Shown here one piece after another: positions 1-13,879 of a DNA stretch of 64,000 nt (position 1 is its first letter; every line of letters begins with the position of its first letter). The stretch covers positions 992,001-1,056,000 of the forward strand of contig OZ234494.1 in the NCBI GenBank assembly GCA_965153455.1, in the 5' to 3' direction. The notes under the pieces were generated by a model. It was not told the origin of the DNA. It searched no databases and was given only the letters and a program-made list of their open reading frames with translations. A program made the translations under genes and the position numbers. The stretch comes from Sphagnum compactum. Taxonomy: Eukaryota.

Positions 1-3000
1 CCGAAGAATTAAATTATTTTGGAGCACTCCAACATACATAAGAAGTGGTGATCATAAATAAGATGATTTAGCCAAATTTGGTGATTAAAAAAAATTGAAA
101 GGAAGGAAAAAAAATTAGCATCCTTTTATATTTTTGGCTACATACTAGGCCTTAGGATTGAATCTGGCAAATTTTTTTATAATAAAAATAAATTTCCTTT
201 CCAATTTTTGGCTACTAAAAAACCAAAAAAAAGCACTAAGTAAGTTTTGTTCCATTCTAAAAAGAAATCACCAGTTCACAAAAATTCACCAAAGTTTCCA
301 AATTACCCAAATTCCTCATAGAAAAGCTAAGTAAAGTCTACATCATCTTAAGAATATATGTGTGTATATTTTTATATATATCTAACAATATAATCTTTTT
401 TTTTAATGTAATTTTTCCTACTGGGAGAATATACATATATATATCTCCCTCTCTAAAAATATTGGCTTTTTTTAATGTAATATTTCCTACAGGGTGAATA
501 TAAAAATGGGATATATCATAGTACTAGTACTAAAACTAAACCCCCCCCCCCCTCCCCTCCCTTCAAATCACCCTTTAAAAAAAATCTAAAAATGAAACAC
601 ATTGAAGATTTCAAGGTACTTAAATTAACCCACCAAAGATACATGACACCCACTTGACACCCACTTTTGGGGGTCTTTAATTGTTGGAAATATATATATA
701 TATATCCTCGAATTGGGTATTTGGAACCAAACCATTAGGGTTTCCAGGAATTAGGCTCAGATCTCACCCAATGGTCCTTCCCTACCCTTATTTGATATGC
801 TTCTCGTGATAGGAGGAGGTTTGGGAACTTGATCGGGAACTTGATGTTCCCCTTGTGGTTTGCCCTCTTAGGTGGTTCTTTTGTCTTCTTGGATGTGGGT
901 ACTTCCATTTTGTTCCTTGTATTCCCCCTTTTTTTTTTGGGTGCTTTGGTTTTATATATGGTTGGTAGGGTTTCATCATTTTTCATGACTCAGTGCTTCT
1001 TTTTTTGGCTATCAAAAGTTATTTCTTGAATAATTTGTTTAAGTACCTTTTTAAATATATTCATATTTTGACCTTATTTTAATTGATCGTTATTGGTCGT
1101 GTGAAGCCCAAGTATAAATACATAGCAATAAATTAAGGGTATTGAAATGTTGTTTTAAAATTAGTTAGAAGCCTAGTAACAAAGGGGGCTACAACTATGG
1201 CTTGAATTCACTCTTCCCATGCACTTTCATTTGCCCATTCATGGATTAATAAGTCATGGCATTTTGAATTGTCTTTTTTCTTTTCCTTTCTTTCAATACA
1301 CCCAATAGGATACACCTTTCTTCACCCCTCTCCTTGTCTAATTTACTTCACATGAACAATGAGAGGTTTAGGACATAGGTTGTTTTTTTGCCACCATTTG
1401 GTGGGCCTTGGTCCTTTCTTTTTGTTCCTCCCTTCTCCTTTTGGATTAATGTTTTTTCTTTAGTTAAGTTTGACAATGATTCAAAGTTGGTATAAACACA
1501 CCATTGAATGCTAGCTCCATTTCAAAGGAGAACAAAACATATTGTCATAATTGTTATGGAGTGAAAAAAACCCATTATCCGGGCCAAAACAACCTTTTTT
1601 CTTTCTTTTTCAATTGGAAATGGCTGTTGAAAATCTTGTAGTCATTGTCATGTGAAGAGTAAATCAACAATGATATGCTTACATTCTTGTCGATTGGTAT
1701 GAATGTTATGCTCCCAATGATGTACCCTTAAGTTTTTCAAGTGTTATTGGTTGTTATAAAATTCCTTGATCTTAGTTATAACAACAAAATGTAAAAACTT
1801 GAACCGCATCCCCTAACTATTCACAATTGAATAAAGAGGGCAAGGATTACAAAACTAAAACTAAGATGAGCTGACACTTCAAATCAAACCCTTAGTCACT
1901 TCAATCTACACAATTGAACAAAAGGAGGTGGTTAGTGGAATTTTAAGCCATTTCAACTTCACGATTCACACAAACTCATAAAACACACCATACCCAAACT
2001 CCTTAAGAGGGTTGACACTATTCCACTTATAATATTTTCTATAGTTCATCATGGGAATGGAATCCCAATGGTTTCCCAAAATCACCCCAAGAGGGATTCC
2101 CAAAATTGTCAAATTTTGAATTTCAAAATTGTAAGAATTCATAACTTCTTCAAATTGTATACAAATTGGACACCATAAAATTTTATCTTATATCCCTTCA
2201 AAAGAGCTTTCCAACATTGTATCAGCTCTTTAATTTAAAAAAACATTCAATGCCTCAAATGATGTTTTAAATGAATGGGAGTTGAATTTTTCCTTACCAT
2301 TGTTGTTTTTTCAAGTGACCATAACTTTTAGATGTTAAATATATCTTAGCAATGAAAGTGTACAACATTATATTATTCATTAATACCTTTTTGATGACCT
2401 AAATATCATTTGGTTTGAACAAGATTATTCAACGATGACTTGGACTCTTATAGGAAACATTACCTTCCTTATAGTATATTTTGGATGTCCCACAAGGATT
2501 TGATTTAATTTATAATTTCCCAAAATTCCCAAAGTAAATTGTCATTTTGAAATCAAAACATTTTGGTATTTCATGATTTTGGGGGTTCATAATTTTCAAG
2601 AAATGTGCATGATTCAACTATCATGCATTACCATGTTTGACCATATTGGCCTTCTAATAACAATATTTTGGAAGGTAATACTTTTTGCAAATGCAAAATA
2701 ACACGTTTCATAATGACATCTAATGTTGCTTATTACAAGTATACATAATCTCTTAGCTCAAATCTAGGAACTCGGGGCCAATAACCACCTCTTGACATAA
2801 TGACAGAATGACATAATGTAATGCATTTCAATGTTGAACAATTGTCAAATTTTCCATAGCCATTACACATTGGAATAAAACTATTTGTTACTCACATGCT
2901 TAAAACTGCACATTTAGATCATCGAAATTAATTATTGCCATCATATCACATTGGATGGAAGTTGGTAGGTCAAACTCATGATTAAATAATAAAAAATATA

Positions 3001-6000
3001 GTGAAAGGGATGCAAAAGAAGCTTACAAACTAATTTTATATCCCATGGCTATTTAAATAATTTCAAGTCACACTTTTTAGTATGGCCCTTTTGAAACCCA
3101 TACTTTTGCAAACCTCATTTCATTGTTTGCACCATCTATTCAATTAACATGTGTACCTTGGTTGGTGAGTACTTTAGCTAGAACACCAAACCTATTAAAC
3201 ACCCTATTTAAAAATGCATAAACAACTATTTCATTGTTGTGATTTGGTAATGGCATTGATTTTAGCCATTATGAAAAGTGTCCAATCATAACCAAAACAT
3301 ACTGCTTATGTCAAATTATTAAACTTAATGGGTCAACAAAATCCAAACTTCACTAATCCCAAGCCATGATGGGCAGTGACTATGTAGGTACATGGAATGA
3401 CACCCTCACTCAATCACACATGATACATCAAATTTTTTTATATTGAACTTGTAATTACATCCCTAATCACCAATATTATCATTCAAAAAAGTTTAAACAT
3501 TTAGATTATGATTTGAAAGGGCAAATCATGAACAATTAAAAATATTTAAATCATGTTGAAACTCTATGGAGGTTATAAAAGAATGGTCTTACATGTTCAA
3601 TAAGTTATATATCCTAAGAATTATGAGGATCCAAGTTGTGAGACACAAAATGTTATAATTTTGAGATTAAAAACATCAAACGATACAAAATTGTCATTTC
3701 AATGAGGGGCCCATGGAGGATTGCAAAGTATATTATATTAGGGAATAATTTTTCATAAGTGTTTAGGTCATTATTATGGCATAATGTGCAATTGAGGTGA
3801 TCATAGGGTGTTTAAAAAGCGTGTCATTTTCTTTTAACTTTTCCACTAAGTGTACATTAGTGATGACTTAACATTAAAAATGATTTTAATGTTAAATTGT
3901 ATAATTACCTTGATGATATCACTTTAGGAAGTGGTGTCCACCCATGTTATTAATTAACATATATTGAAGTAGTAACCAGTACTCAATATTTCATATTTAC
4001 ATTGGTAATTTAAGTTGATGTTGATTTTTTTGGATTTATTTATATAACAACATTCATAATATATTAGGGGAACATGTAAATAAATTTGGAATTAATTAAA
4101 GGAATTAAAAAACAAAAATTCCACAATATTTTAGATTAAGCAATCACTCAAGGAAGCACCATTGGCTCCTATTAGCATGGGTGTTATGCCATAATCCATC
4201 TTTGTCATTTGTGTGGGAGTTGATGAATTATACTTTTCTACATGATCAAGAACTTGAAATAAAATTTTGAACATAATTTTTTTAACAATGTAATGCATTA
4301 TCACATATGGATCATTTTATTGGTAGGATTTTTTGGGGTTTTTTTTCAATTAATGTTTGAATTAAATAAAAAAACGCTTTAAACAAGAAGGGAAACAATA
4401 AGGGAACCATTAAAGGGCAAGAAGTTTGAACTTTTGGAGAAATATGCATGCATATGCCTTTGGTTCAAATTATGTAGAAAATTCATGATTACCACAATCA
4501 ACTTTAACATACCTAGAGAAAACATTGTAAGGCATGCAAGCTAGAATCTAAAATGCCAAATTGTCACTAAGAACCCATAAACGTTTGATACAATGTTGCA
4601 AACATTAAATGTAGATCATGTACTACTTATTCTTATTCATTGCACGTGCACAAAAATGTGTTATTATACTAAGGAATAAACCCATTTGCTAATTATGTTT
4701 GGTTGGAAAACAATGTGACAAAAGAAAATTCAAACATTACATTCAAGCAAGAGATAACTTCCTATGTGAAACATTTCATTTCCACAATGAATATGCCAAA
4801 AATATATATCCTTAAAAGTGTTTCATTATATCATTGTCACATTTGTAGCTTAAATTGGTATGAGACTCATATTTAATGCTATGTGATAATAGGATGTAAG
4901 GACAATAACGCATTACAATGGACTTCTATGGATGTCGTATTGTATTGGTAGGTATTTTTAGGATTGATACATATCAATTGTTTTGCACGACAAAAATGTA
5001 GTATGAAAAATATAACAAAGGGACTTATATACATGAAACTGAAATCCTAATTCTTCCAACTTTGAAGCATTTCACCAAAATCAATAATACATAGTAAAAG
5101 GTGGATTTTACAATTCTCACAAGGTCATATGTTATAGTTTGTAAATAGTCGTTATGGATTTATTTGTTACAATGAAATTGGAAATGTACATAGAAATTTG
5201 GAACATGACACTTTTTACGTTTACAACACCTAAGCTCAAAAACTTACATTTAATATTATCCATTTATTGTGGAAATATTCCATCAAAATTGTAATATTTT
5301 GCACAATTCTATATATATGTTTGTCAAGAACTATTTTCAACAAAGTTGTTTACAAAGGTTTAAAAGTAAGTTGGTTTAAATTTGGACATGGAAAATTTTA
5401 TATAATAAAAAATGATATTTATCTGTTTGTTTGTGTGGTTTGAACCTACCTCTTCCAAGTCAAACTATTTCATTCCTTTGCCTTACCCACCCTACATGAA
5501 TATGAAAAGGCATATTAACATTCATCTTTTCATGTTCATGTTATCTATATTAATTTAATTTAATAACCCACTTCTTTCAAACCTAACTATGTGATTTAAA
5601 ACCTTTTCTTTAGAAAAACTTAGAGGTGTGTCAAACTTTTATTTAAGCTTGACTTTCATGTTTTTTCCCCTCATTGAAAGCTTGTTTGTGATTTCTTTGG
5701 AAAATTCATTAGTCCAAAAATTTAGGTTGACCTATTATAATGTGCTTTGCTCTAACTTGCCCTAATGTGAAGTTGTGTACAAAGATGAAACATGATTTTC
5801 TTGTTTTCCTCCCTTCGTTATTGGTGAAAACTTGATTGCAGTTTTTTGGGAAAGGTCATTAAAGGCAAGAAATTAAGGTTGATGCACATTGCACTTTGCT
5901 TTAACTTGCCCTAATGTGAAGTTGTGTGTACAAAGATCTCGAATGAAAAACGAATAAAAGATGCTACACATTGCTTCAAATATGTTGGAATGGAATCATG

Positions 6001-6042
6001 TTGACTCGTGTCATAACCTTAACTTGCTATCTACAATGTAGA

Positions 6043-6325
6043 AAAAAACTACTATGACATTTTTGAAATATTAAAGTTAACCACAAATGATCAAATCAAG
6101 TAGGCCTATTAGAAGCTAGACATGGAGTTTCATCTAGAAGAAAAGCTTGGGAATAAAGAAGCCGCAAAGAAGTTTGTAGAAATCAATAATGTGTATGAAG
6201 TTTTGGTGGAAAAGGAGAAGTGAAGAATTCTTTGACTAGTTTGGTGAAGAAAGTCTAAAATAAAATGTTGCCAATGGTGGCAAAAGTGACAAAGGTGGTA
6301 GCTTTTCATAATATCATATTTTCTC
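6043..6325 (+). pseudogene. Decayed DnaJ (ERdj3B-like) J-domain fragment
   Basis: Reads KNYYDIFEILKLTTNDQIK*AY*KLDMEFHLEEKLGNKEAAKKFVEINNVYEVLVEKEK*RI/FD*FGEESLK*NVANGG, which follows the ERdj3B J-domain pattern. It has several stops, one frameshift and a destroyed HPD motif. Preceded by an AG. Confidence 0.8.
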
Positions 6326-7692
6326 AATTATTTGAGTTTAGTGTTTCGAAGTTTGCTTCACCAAGAGCAAGAGTCTAAAGCTTGACAATGTTTGCTACGG
6401 GGCACAACTTTGCTAACAATGACATAATCTTAGGTGCCCTTGCAAAATCCCCAACAACTATGGTTTTGCAAGGGAAGTGAGGAAGTTTAATGGTGTGTGG
6501 TGGAAATGCTCTAATGGATCATATTTTCCATTTGTGTGGTTGTCCAAATTGTGTGAAACTTGCGTAGTATTGGATAGAGATGACAATAAATAGCCATTTA
6601 AAAAAAAATTAACATCCATGTCAACCATGAAGCTATAGGTGAGTTTGAATTGAATTTATAAAACACACAACATGAAAAGCTTTGAGAGCATGATCTTTTT
6701 TTGAGGACCAAGTGTTAAATTTTGAAACCGTGGCCCACTAATGAAATGGTTCACTTCTTACTCGTAAATTTCTTCACCTTTCCACAATGTTTGACCAGGC
6801 AACAGCAGCAAGAGAAGTTGCATCAGTTTCTCTTAATTCCAGGACTAGTAGAAATTAGGGGTATGCCGATATGTTTTACCAACTTAAAGAAATCAACCAT
6901 CTACACAACCTTTATGGTTGATATGAAATCGTCATTGATGAATTTATGCAGAAAAAGGGACAAGTAGAGGTAAAAGATGAAGACCCATGTGCATCCATCT
7001 ACACCCCATTTCCTAAGACCCATGTGCACACATTCCACACCCCATTTCCTACTCTCACTGTAATCATACTTCCTAACGTGCAATATCCACATCTACAAAT
7101 CTCATATTCCCCGTCCCAAGTATACAGTCTGAATTTTTAGAACAATCAAGTCACAAAACAAATTCTTCATGAGCTAACAACTTACAAGACAGCGAATCCA
7201 CTTCACCATTGCACTGAACAGCAGGACCTGGCACATTCTCCCCACAAAATCCTGCACAAGCTCTCTCGCGAAAGTAAGTTCAATCTGCTGCCTGTACAAT
7301 GACAAAAATGACAATCCACTTACCACACAGCCTACACCCTTGAACTCCAATCTGTATTAAACCCTTGTTTGAGGGCACCGACAGTTAAGTTTCTACAATT
7401 ATCTTTCAGCCCTGCTGCAAACCCTGTGGTGTAACAGGAGACAAAGTGCTTCAAAAGGCTGAGAACTATGCTGGCACAAACTAAACCCTAAACCCTAAAC
7501 CATAAGTCCCGAGGAGAACACAAGGGTTGTTTGAGAGCTCTTTTGGAACCAAGGACACACAGATATTGCAAACAAAACCAAGTGTTTTTTCTGTGTCCAA
7601 ATCCCAGGTGACTGACTCCTCCCACAGGATTCTCATCACATGCATAGTAGAATCCTTTTTTTGCAGGTGTAGATGGGTCTGAAACCTGCAGT

Positions 7693-10600
7693 TTAAGCAT
7701 CCTCCTGCATGTGGTTGTGAACCTCATTCTGGCTATCCAATGGCATGTATTGTGCCATGATTGCCCTGATCTCGGAATCCATGTATGACTGCCATTCCCC
7801 ACCCAACAACAATGAAAGCAGCAACACCAGAGCTCAGTACACTTCAAACAAATCCAGAACACAAACCCAGAACTGTACAATGCATGGGAAAAAATATGCA
7901 GGAGAAATGGCAGAATGAAAAAAATTGTACCCGAAGCCTGTATTTGTAGATAATGTAGCCAATGACTCCAAGCGACACCATGCCCACTAAAACAATGAGT
8001 GAAACAAACCACCCAAGTTTGGATGATGAAATCTTCTTACCTGCAGCACAGACCATGTATGAAGAAGGGTAAGGACATAATCTCCATGTAGAATGAATGA
8101 CTCAGATGACGAGGGTTGCTTGGAAGCAGGAATCAGGGGGGAGGAAGAGGAGGCAGCACAGGACTCACTGATGCATGTGTCATGCTCATGAATGTAGAGA
8201 AGGCCACTGGAGCATGTGCAATCATAACTACCCCACGTGTTTTTGCACAGACATTGTGGACATTGACATTTTGTCTTTTCGCTGCACTCATTAACATCTG
8301 CACAAACAAAAGCACAAACATTGCAATCACCCAATTTGATCTTGTGAACCAAAAAAATTACAACAGCAGAACTCTCAATTAGATGCCACAAATACACACT
8401 TCTACAATAGAGATAATAATTCTTTGTGGCAAGTCTCAATGCCATTGACCTTCAGCAAACAATTGCACAAGCATATCATCACACATGAGAACTCTGTGGG
8501 AAAACCAAACTGGAAGCAAAACCCTCTTATTGAGGTCACCGGTTTAGGGTTCAAAGATTCAGATCAGGTAATAACTAAACCCTAAAGATGTCAGCACAAG
8601 TGCTTCTTAACAGGCAAGACAAATGTTGTTAGCAGTCATGTAACGTACCAACACATCCGGTGCCATTAATCAACCCATCACCAGTGAACCCCTCAGGACA
8701 CACACATCCAGCTGAGGAATCCTAAGTAAATCACAAAACAAAAAACACAACAGGGCCACATTTTAGTATGCCATTGCAATGTCACACTGTGGCTGACCCT
8801 TGAGGAGCTACAAACTACACATTTCAGCAAAATCTTTCACAGACTGGGTTGGATAGAGAGAGAGAAATAATATGTGTAGGTATGTTCGAGCAAATGTAAC
8901 AAATTTGAAAGTATTTCAAACAAAAGAGAATACTTGTGATTTTGCTGGAAGAGTTTAGGGTTTAGAGTACAACACTCAGATGAAAACATCGGGGGTTAGG
9001 GTTGAGAGTACCTGGCAGGCAGAAAATGTAAGACCTCCTTGGGTCTCTATCCAGCATCCAGTGTTGTCAACTCTGCAGCGTCCTGGTCCTGTGGCTGTTT
9101 CCACATTCATGATTTTCAGACAATTAAACCTTTTTTGGGAGCGGTAGTAGGAAGGGCAAATGGTAAGTCAAGGAAAGTAAACAAAGGAGAGGATGAATGA
9201 CATCAGGTATGTAGGTAAGTAGGTCATAATTGAGCAATATTATTACCTTGACAGTTACTGTATCCATCACCTTCAAACTGCACACCTTCCACTAGTGGGC
9301 ATACACATATACGGCCACGGAATGTGTCCTGTGCCACAAAATGATCCACCCCGAAAAGAAAGTCATAAAACACCCACCAAGAAATAAAGACATAACTGGA
9401 GAGAGATTCCTGTAGCTGAAAAAAGTGTTTTTGTTTTCACTTGGGTGTTTCAGGAAGAAACAATCAGGAGACACATAAGAAGATATCTCTCTTACCTGGC
9501 ATGCTGTAATATTGCCCTTTTGCCAGCATCCTCCATTGTTGGTCAGGCATTCATTTGTTTCAACAGCTGCCAAAATTTCCCAGTGACAACTGCCCTGTCA
9601 AAAATTCCTAGATTCCAACATTTTGTTTCATTGCAGCACAATTCTAGTTGTCTTCAAATCTAAATTTTGGAATTTTCGACAAGAGGACTGATGATTTTTC
9701 AAAATTTTTGGCACAATAAAGATTAATTTAATTTATGCTGAAGTCACCCGTGTACTACAGTATTAATACTGGATACCAGTGAAAGGAAAGAAAGAATCAC
9801 ACAAAATCCCAAATCACCCAAATCTTAAAGTGTGGAGGGAAAAAAACAGTTAAGATAGATAAATACTATACATTCACCACCAGCATTGCACTTGACAGCG
9901 TGACATTCTTATTAGATGAGAAGCTTCAGTGGGAAGTAAGAGCTCAAGTGATTCGGATGGAAAATTTACATTGACTTAAGCACACTGGTGGGTCTCTGCT
10001 CTCCTTGTAACCAGAGCAGATAGCCTTTATCACTGCTGCCTTGTCCAGCTTTCCTACAAAGACCAACCATATTGTCCACAAAAGCAACACACTATTTTAG
10101 ATTAGGTTTTGTCCAGTGTTTTGGGTATGGAATATAGTAGCCCTGCACACCTGCTATCAACTCTGGCACCAAGGACCCTACCTACCAAGCTAGTATGATC
10201 TGAAGCAATACCAATCTTGCACCAGTACCAGCCTGGTAGGGACCTGAGGTAATATGAGGCATCTATACCTACTTTCAGTGTTTTTTTAAGTGAATTTTTG
10301 CCACTTGGTGACCAAAAAAAACCCAATGTGACAGTTTCAACCGTACTTGCATACATACCAGTTTCAACATCAGGTATGTACTTGCCTCATACCAGCCAAA
10401 AATCAGTCTTGGACCCAGTATCAGGACCAGGTGGGTATGAAAGTTTTTTAATGGACCAATACCAAGACCAGGCTGGTATGTTCAAAAGTCAATACCAGAT
10501 GAACACTGGTTTTGTCCAACTACATCAGGAAAGGTGTTCCACTTAGGCAGTAATACCTAGTTGGAATCGGTTAGAATCTTCTCAGCACAAACAAACTTTC

Positions 10601-13190
10601 TTGGGTCAGCTTTTTCAGGGCAGTTTCATGCTTATATTTTGTCATTACAAATGCCTAAGTTAACAAGATTAAAGGATGGGAAATCACGCTGACCTCGGTA
10701 CTGCCGTTGGTTGATAACAAGTGTTGGCAAAATGGTGACATCACCACGATCACCTGTCCCAACCTGCCAGGTTACAACTGACATTGCTGCATTAGACATT
10801 TATGGATGATGTTCGCAATCATAGGATGGAGAAGAAAATGCAGAATTTTACTTTGGTGCATGACATCAACAATACAACCCAACTCATTTCCACATCTGAA
10901 AAACCTAATGAACATGACTGCCGGGGGAGGGTGGGGAAAGGGTGTACATGTACTACTTCTAATATCATATGCAACTGCCTGGATACGTAGACCCTCTTCA
11001 GATCAACTGTTAAATAGTGGGGCCATAGCAGGATGATTTGAGCTCCCCAGATGTCAGAAACCTCAAAAGCCGGATCAAGCTAGCAGCCTTTCTGTAGTGG
11101 TAAAACAGAGTTTCCAAAGCATTCCCAGTTTTTGAAAAAAAAGACAAAAGGAAAGAAAAAAAGAAGGAAAGGAGCAATGAACCTGTGCTTCTTGCTCTCT
11201 TTTTAGAATTGGATTATCTTGATCAAGCTCTGGATCTCCCATACACTCACGCACATGAGAAGGCTTTATTGCTGCAACCAAAATCCATAACACCAAAACC
11301 CTTTGGTACTCAAAAACCATGATTCACACTAATTTTCACTCCGATCCTCATTGCAATGGAGCAGACACAAAAAACCCTTCAGTAAAAGAGACACCTTTTT
11401 GCCTACTCCCCACAAAAAAATATTCAACCGAGGTGAAAAATAAGGCGCATGCATATAAACCAACCCTCAAGAAAAAAAGATGCCCAGGTTTTACTTACAA
11501 CAGAAATTCACCCAAAGTGAAAACAAGGCACATAGGTATGAACCCTCAAGAAAAGACGCCCTTTTAACTCACCACAAAAATTCACCCAAAGTGAAAAAAA
11601 GGTGCATAGGTATAAACCCTGAAGAAAAGATGCCCCTTTTACTCACCACAAAAATTCAAAAACAAGGTGCATAGTTATAAACCCTCAAGGGAAAAAAAGG
11701 TGCCTATTTTACTCACTGCAAAAATCCACTCAAAGTGGAAGATAATGCGCATATATTAGTCTTATTACTGTAGTGTTTGATCTACAGAATAGCAGGGTGA
11801 CAAAAAACCAGTGTGTGGGTGGTGGGTGGGCATGGTATCAGAAGAAGGGGATAGAGAAGAAAGAAACAAAGCTCACATAAAGAGGTCATGACTTGTTCAG
11901 CACATTCGGGTCCATATTTCTTGTCTTTCATGGGGCAACGAATCTGGAAATCGGTGACATAATCCCACCAAACCCATGGTTTCTTGAGCTTGTTGGTGGC
12001 AACATCAAACACACACAGTTGCCTCAAATTCTCCATCACCACTTGCTTACCATCGTAGCCAACATTGAAATCCTGTTCAGGGTCAGGCGCACAGTACCGC
12101 CCCTTGTTGATGCATTGAGCTTTACATTGCTTGCTATCAACAAACGCCTTAGGGCAATACCATGTGATGTAATGGGGAGTGAAGAGTGTATAGCCACCTT
12201 GCTCCAAGATCTGTGCAACGCCTTTGAAGCTCTTGACAAATTCGATCTGGTCATTACATTTCGGGCCACATTCATCATTGCTGTTGGTCCAAAACTCATA
12301 TTCGACTCGCTCATCTGGATGTGGGAGTGATTCTCGCCAATCGAGATTGATGTTCACCATCTCCCCTTGCTGCTCCAGACTGCTCTTCATCTTGTCGCCG
12401 AGCTCTTTGGTGATGAGAGCAGATGGGATGGTGATGTTGTCCAGGTACTGTGCTGCATTGCTATCATCCTCTGGTGAATCCATGGTGAGCAGAGTCTCAT
12501 CCCTATCATCTGCAACCAACACTGCTGCCGCACCTGCTTGCTGTGCATTGTACACCTTCTTGGCAAAGTAACAATCTGCCAAAAACAACAACAACCCATT
12601 TTGGATTGGGGAGTGGAAAAAACAACCACCCATTTCGGATTCGGGTCTTGAAAAAACAACCACAAACAATCCAATTCCGGATTTTGGTCTGGAAGAACAC
12701 CCACAAAGAAGAATCTCAAAGAAAAGAAAACAAATCCTAAGAAGAAGCAGAAGAAGAAGAAGACGAACACAAGAAGATGTGCAACAAGGAAGTGTAGCAA
12801 ACCTCCTCGATCTACAAGAGCGATGACGGGACGGCCGCCCTGGCTGCTACTGGGTTTGAAGGAGGATGGATCTACAAAAGGATCGCAAGCTTTGGGCTTG
12901 TCTTTGGAGTATCTGACGGAGCCTGCCAAGGTGCCTCCATATTGTGGCACTCCGAAATTGCCAATGGCGCTTTGGTATGTCCCCTTCAAGGACTGCGGAG
13001 AGGTTACCGTCAGACTACTCTCTTCAACCACAAAGGATCCGTATACAGCGGATGGCCACCATGATGATACTACCATCATGATGATCATAATCTTCATCAC
13101 CATTACCAACACAATTTTGAACCCACCCATTTGCTTCTCTTGCCTTCTCTTCCTCCTCCTGTTGCTGTTATTGCTGTAAAGCTTCTCCAT
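7693..13190 (-). CDS. VSR: Vacuolar sorting receptor (BP-80/VSR family): signal peptide, PA domain, central domain, 3 EGF repeats, TM helix, YMPL cytosolic tail; 12 coding exons
   Basis: Predicted exons with GT-AG ends and consistent phase: 13190-12803, 12575-11877, 11271-11183, 10763-10694, 10053-9970, 9566-9496, 9328-9247, 9094-9012, 8721-8649, 8297-8169, 8040-7931, 7788-7693. Family motifs: [117 protein letters not shown]. The start could be the second ATG (MGGFK, ~13130). Confidence 0.95.
10146..10509 (+). mobile_element. Dispersed non-autonomous repeat family, copy in VSR intron 4
   Basis: Shares GTATGA(T/C)CTGA(A/G)GCAA, AAAATCAGTCTTG and GACCAGGCTGGTATGTTCAAA(A)GTCAATACCAGA..AACACTG with the copies at 45247-45672 (minus) and 53247-53707 (plus). 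Confidence 0.65.
11370..11750. repeat. ~70-80 bp tandem repeat (about 5 units) in VSR intron 2
   Basis: Recurring AAATTCACCCAAAGTGAAAA..GGTGCATAG..ATAAACCCTCAAG..GCCC(C)TTTTACTCACCAC. Confidence 0.85.
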
Positions 13191-13479
13191 AGCTTTACGG
13201 AAATCCTCTAGTAGTAGCTCTGGGGGGCAGGACCCACTATACTATATAGTATTCTCAGATCCCTGCTTTCAATGCTTGGAGCTCATCAAGCTTGATCCAA
13301 ATCTGAGCTCAAACACAAACACCTAATGATCCTCCACTCCCGAAGTATTCTCTTGCTGCTGCTGCTGCTGCTGATGATGATGATCCCCCAAACTTGTTCC
13401 ACCACTTTTGTGGCTCTCTTTTTTCGCAGATTTCCTCCTCCTGTCTTCTGCCTGTCTATCTCTCTTCTTCTCTGTGTCT

Positions 13480-13550
13480 CGCGCGCGACTTCTTCTCTTC
13501 TCTTCTCTTCTCTTCTCTTCCCTTTTCTCTTCTCTCTCTCTCTCTCTCTC
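13480..13550. promoter_or_regulatory. CT/GA-rich tract upstream of the VSR start (5' UTR/promoter GAGA-type element)
   Basis: (CTCTT)n and (CT)n about 300 bp upstream of the ATG. A similar tract lies upstream of the RING-WD40 gene (33225-33260). Function is inferred only. Confidence 0.4.
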
Positions 13551-13879
13551 TCGCTCCGGCGACTCGCAGTGCTCTTTGTCTTTTCGACACTTTTGTGGCT
13601 ATTTGCTGCATCGGGGAACAAGCGACTCGCAGTGCTCTTTGTTGTTTTCGACACTTTTATGGCTATTTGCTCCCCAAAAAGCCACAAAAGGAGGCAGCAA
13701 CAAAACTTTGGGAGTTTTTTTCCTAAGGTTTTATATAGGACTAAATAAATAAATAAACAAATATTTATTTATTTATTTAAGAGAAAATAAAATAAAAATT
13801 GTACATGATTTTTATTTGACTAAATACTACTATTATTAACATCACCATTTATCATCATCAATCATCACTATTATTATTA

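Noticed and set aside
1700..4100. Possible decayed LTR-like sequence
   Set aside because: Too degraded: no TG..CA ends, TSD or gag/pol motifs could be confirmed by eye.
7488..8012. 174-aa minus ORF
   Set aside because: Out-of-frame read-through of VSR exons 11-12 and their introns.
13286..13752. Several overlapping 110-140 aa ORFs
   Set aside because: They arise from CT/GA microsatellites in the VSR upstream region and are low-complexity in all frames.
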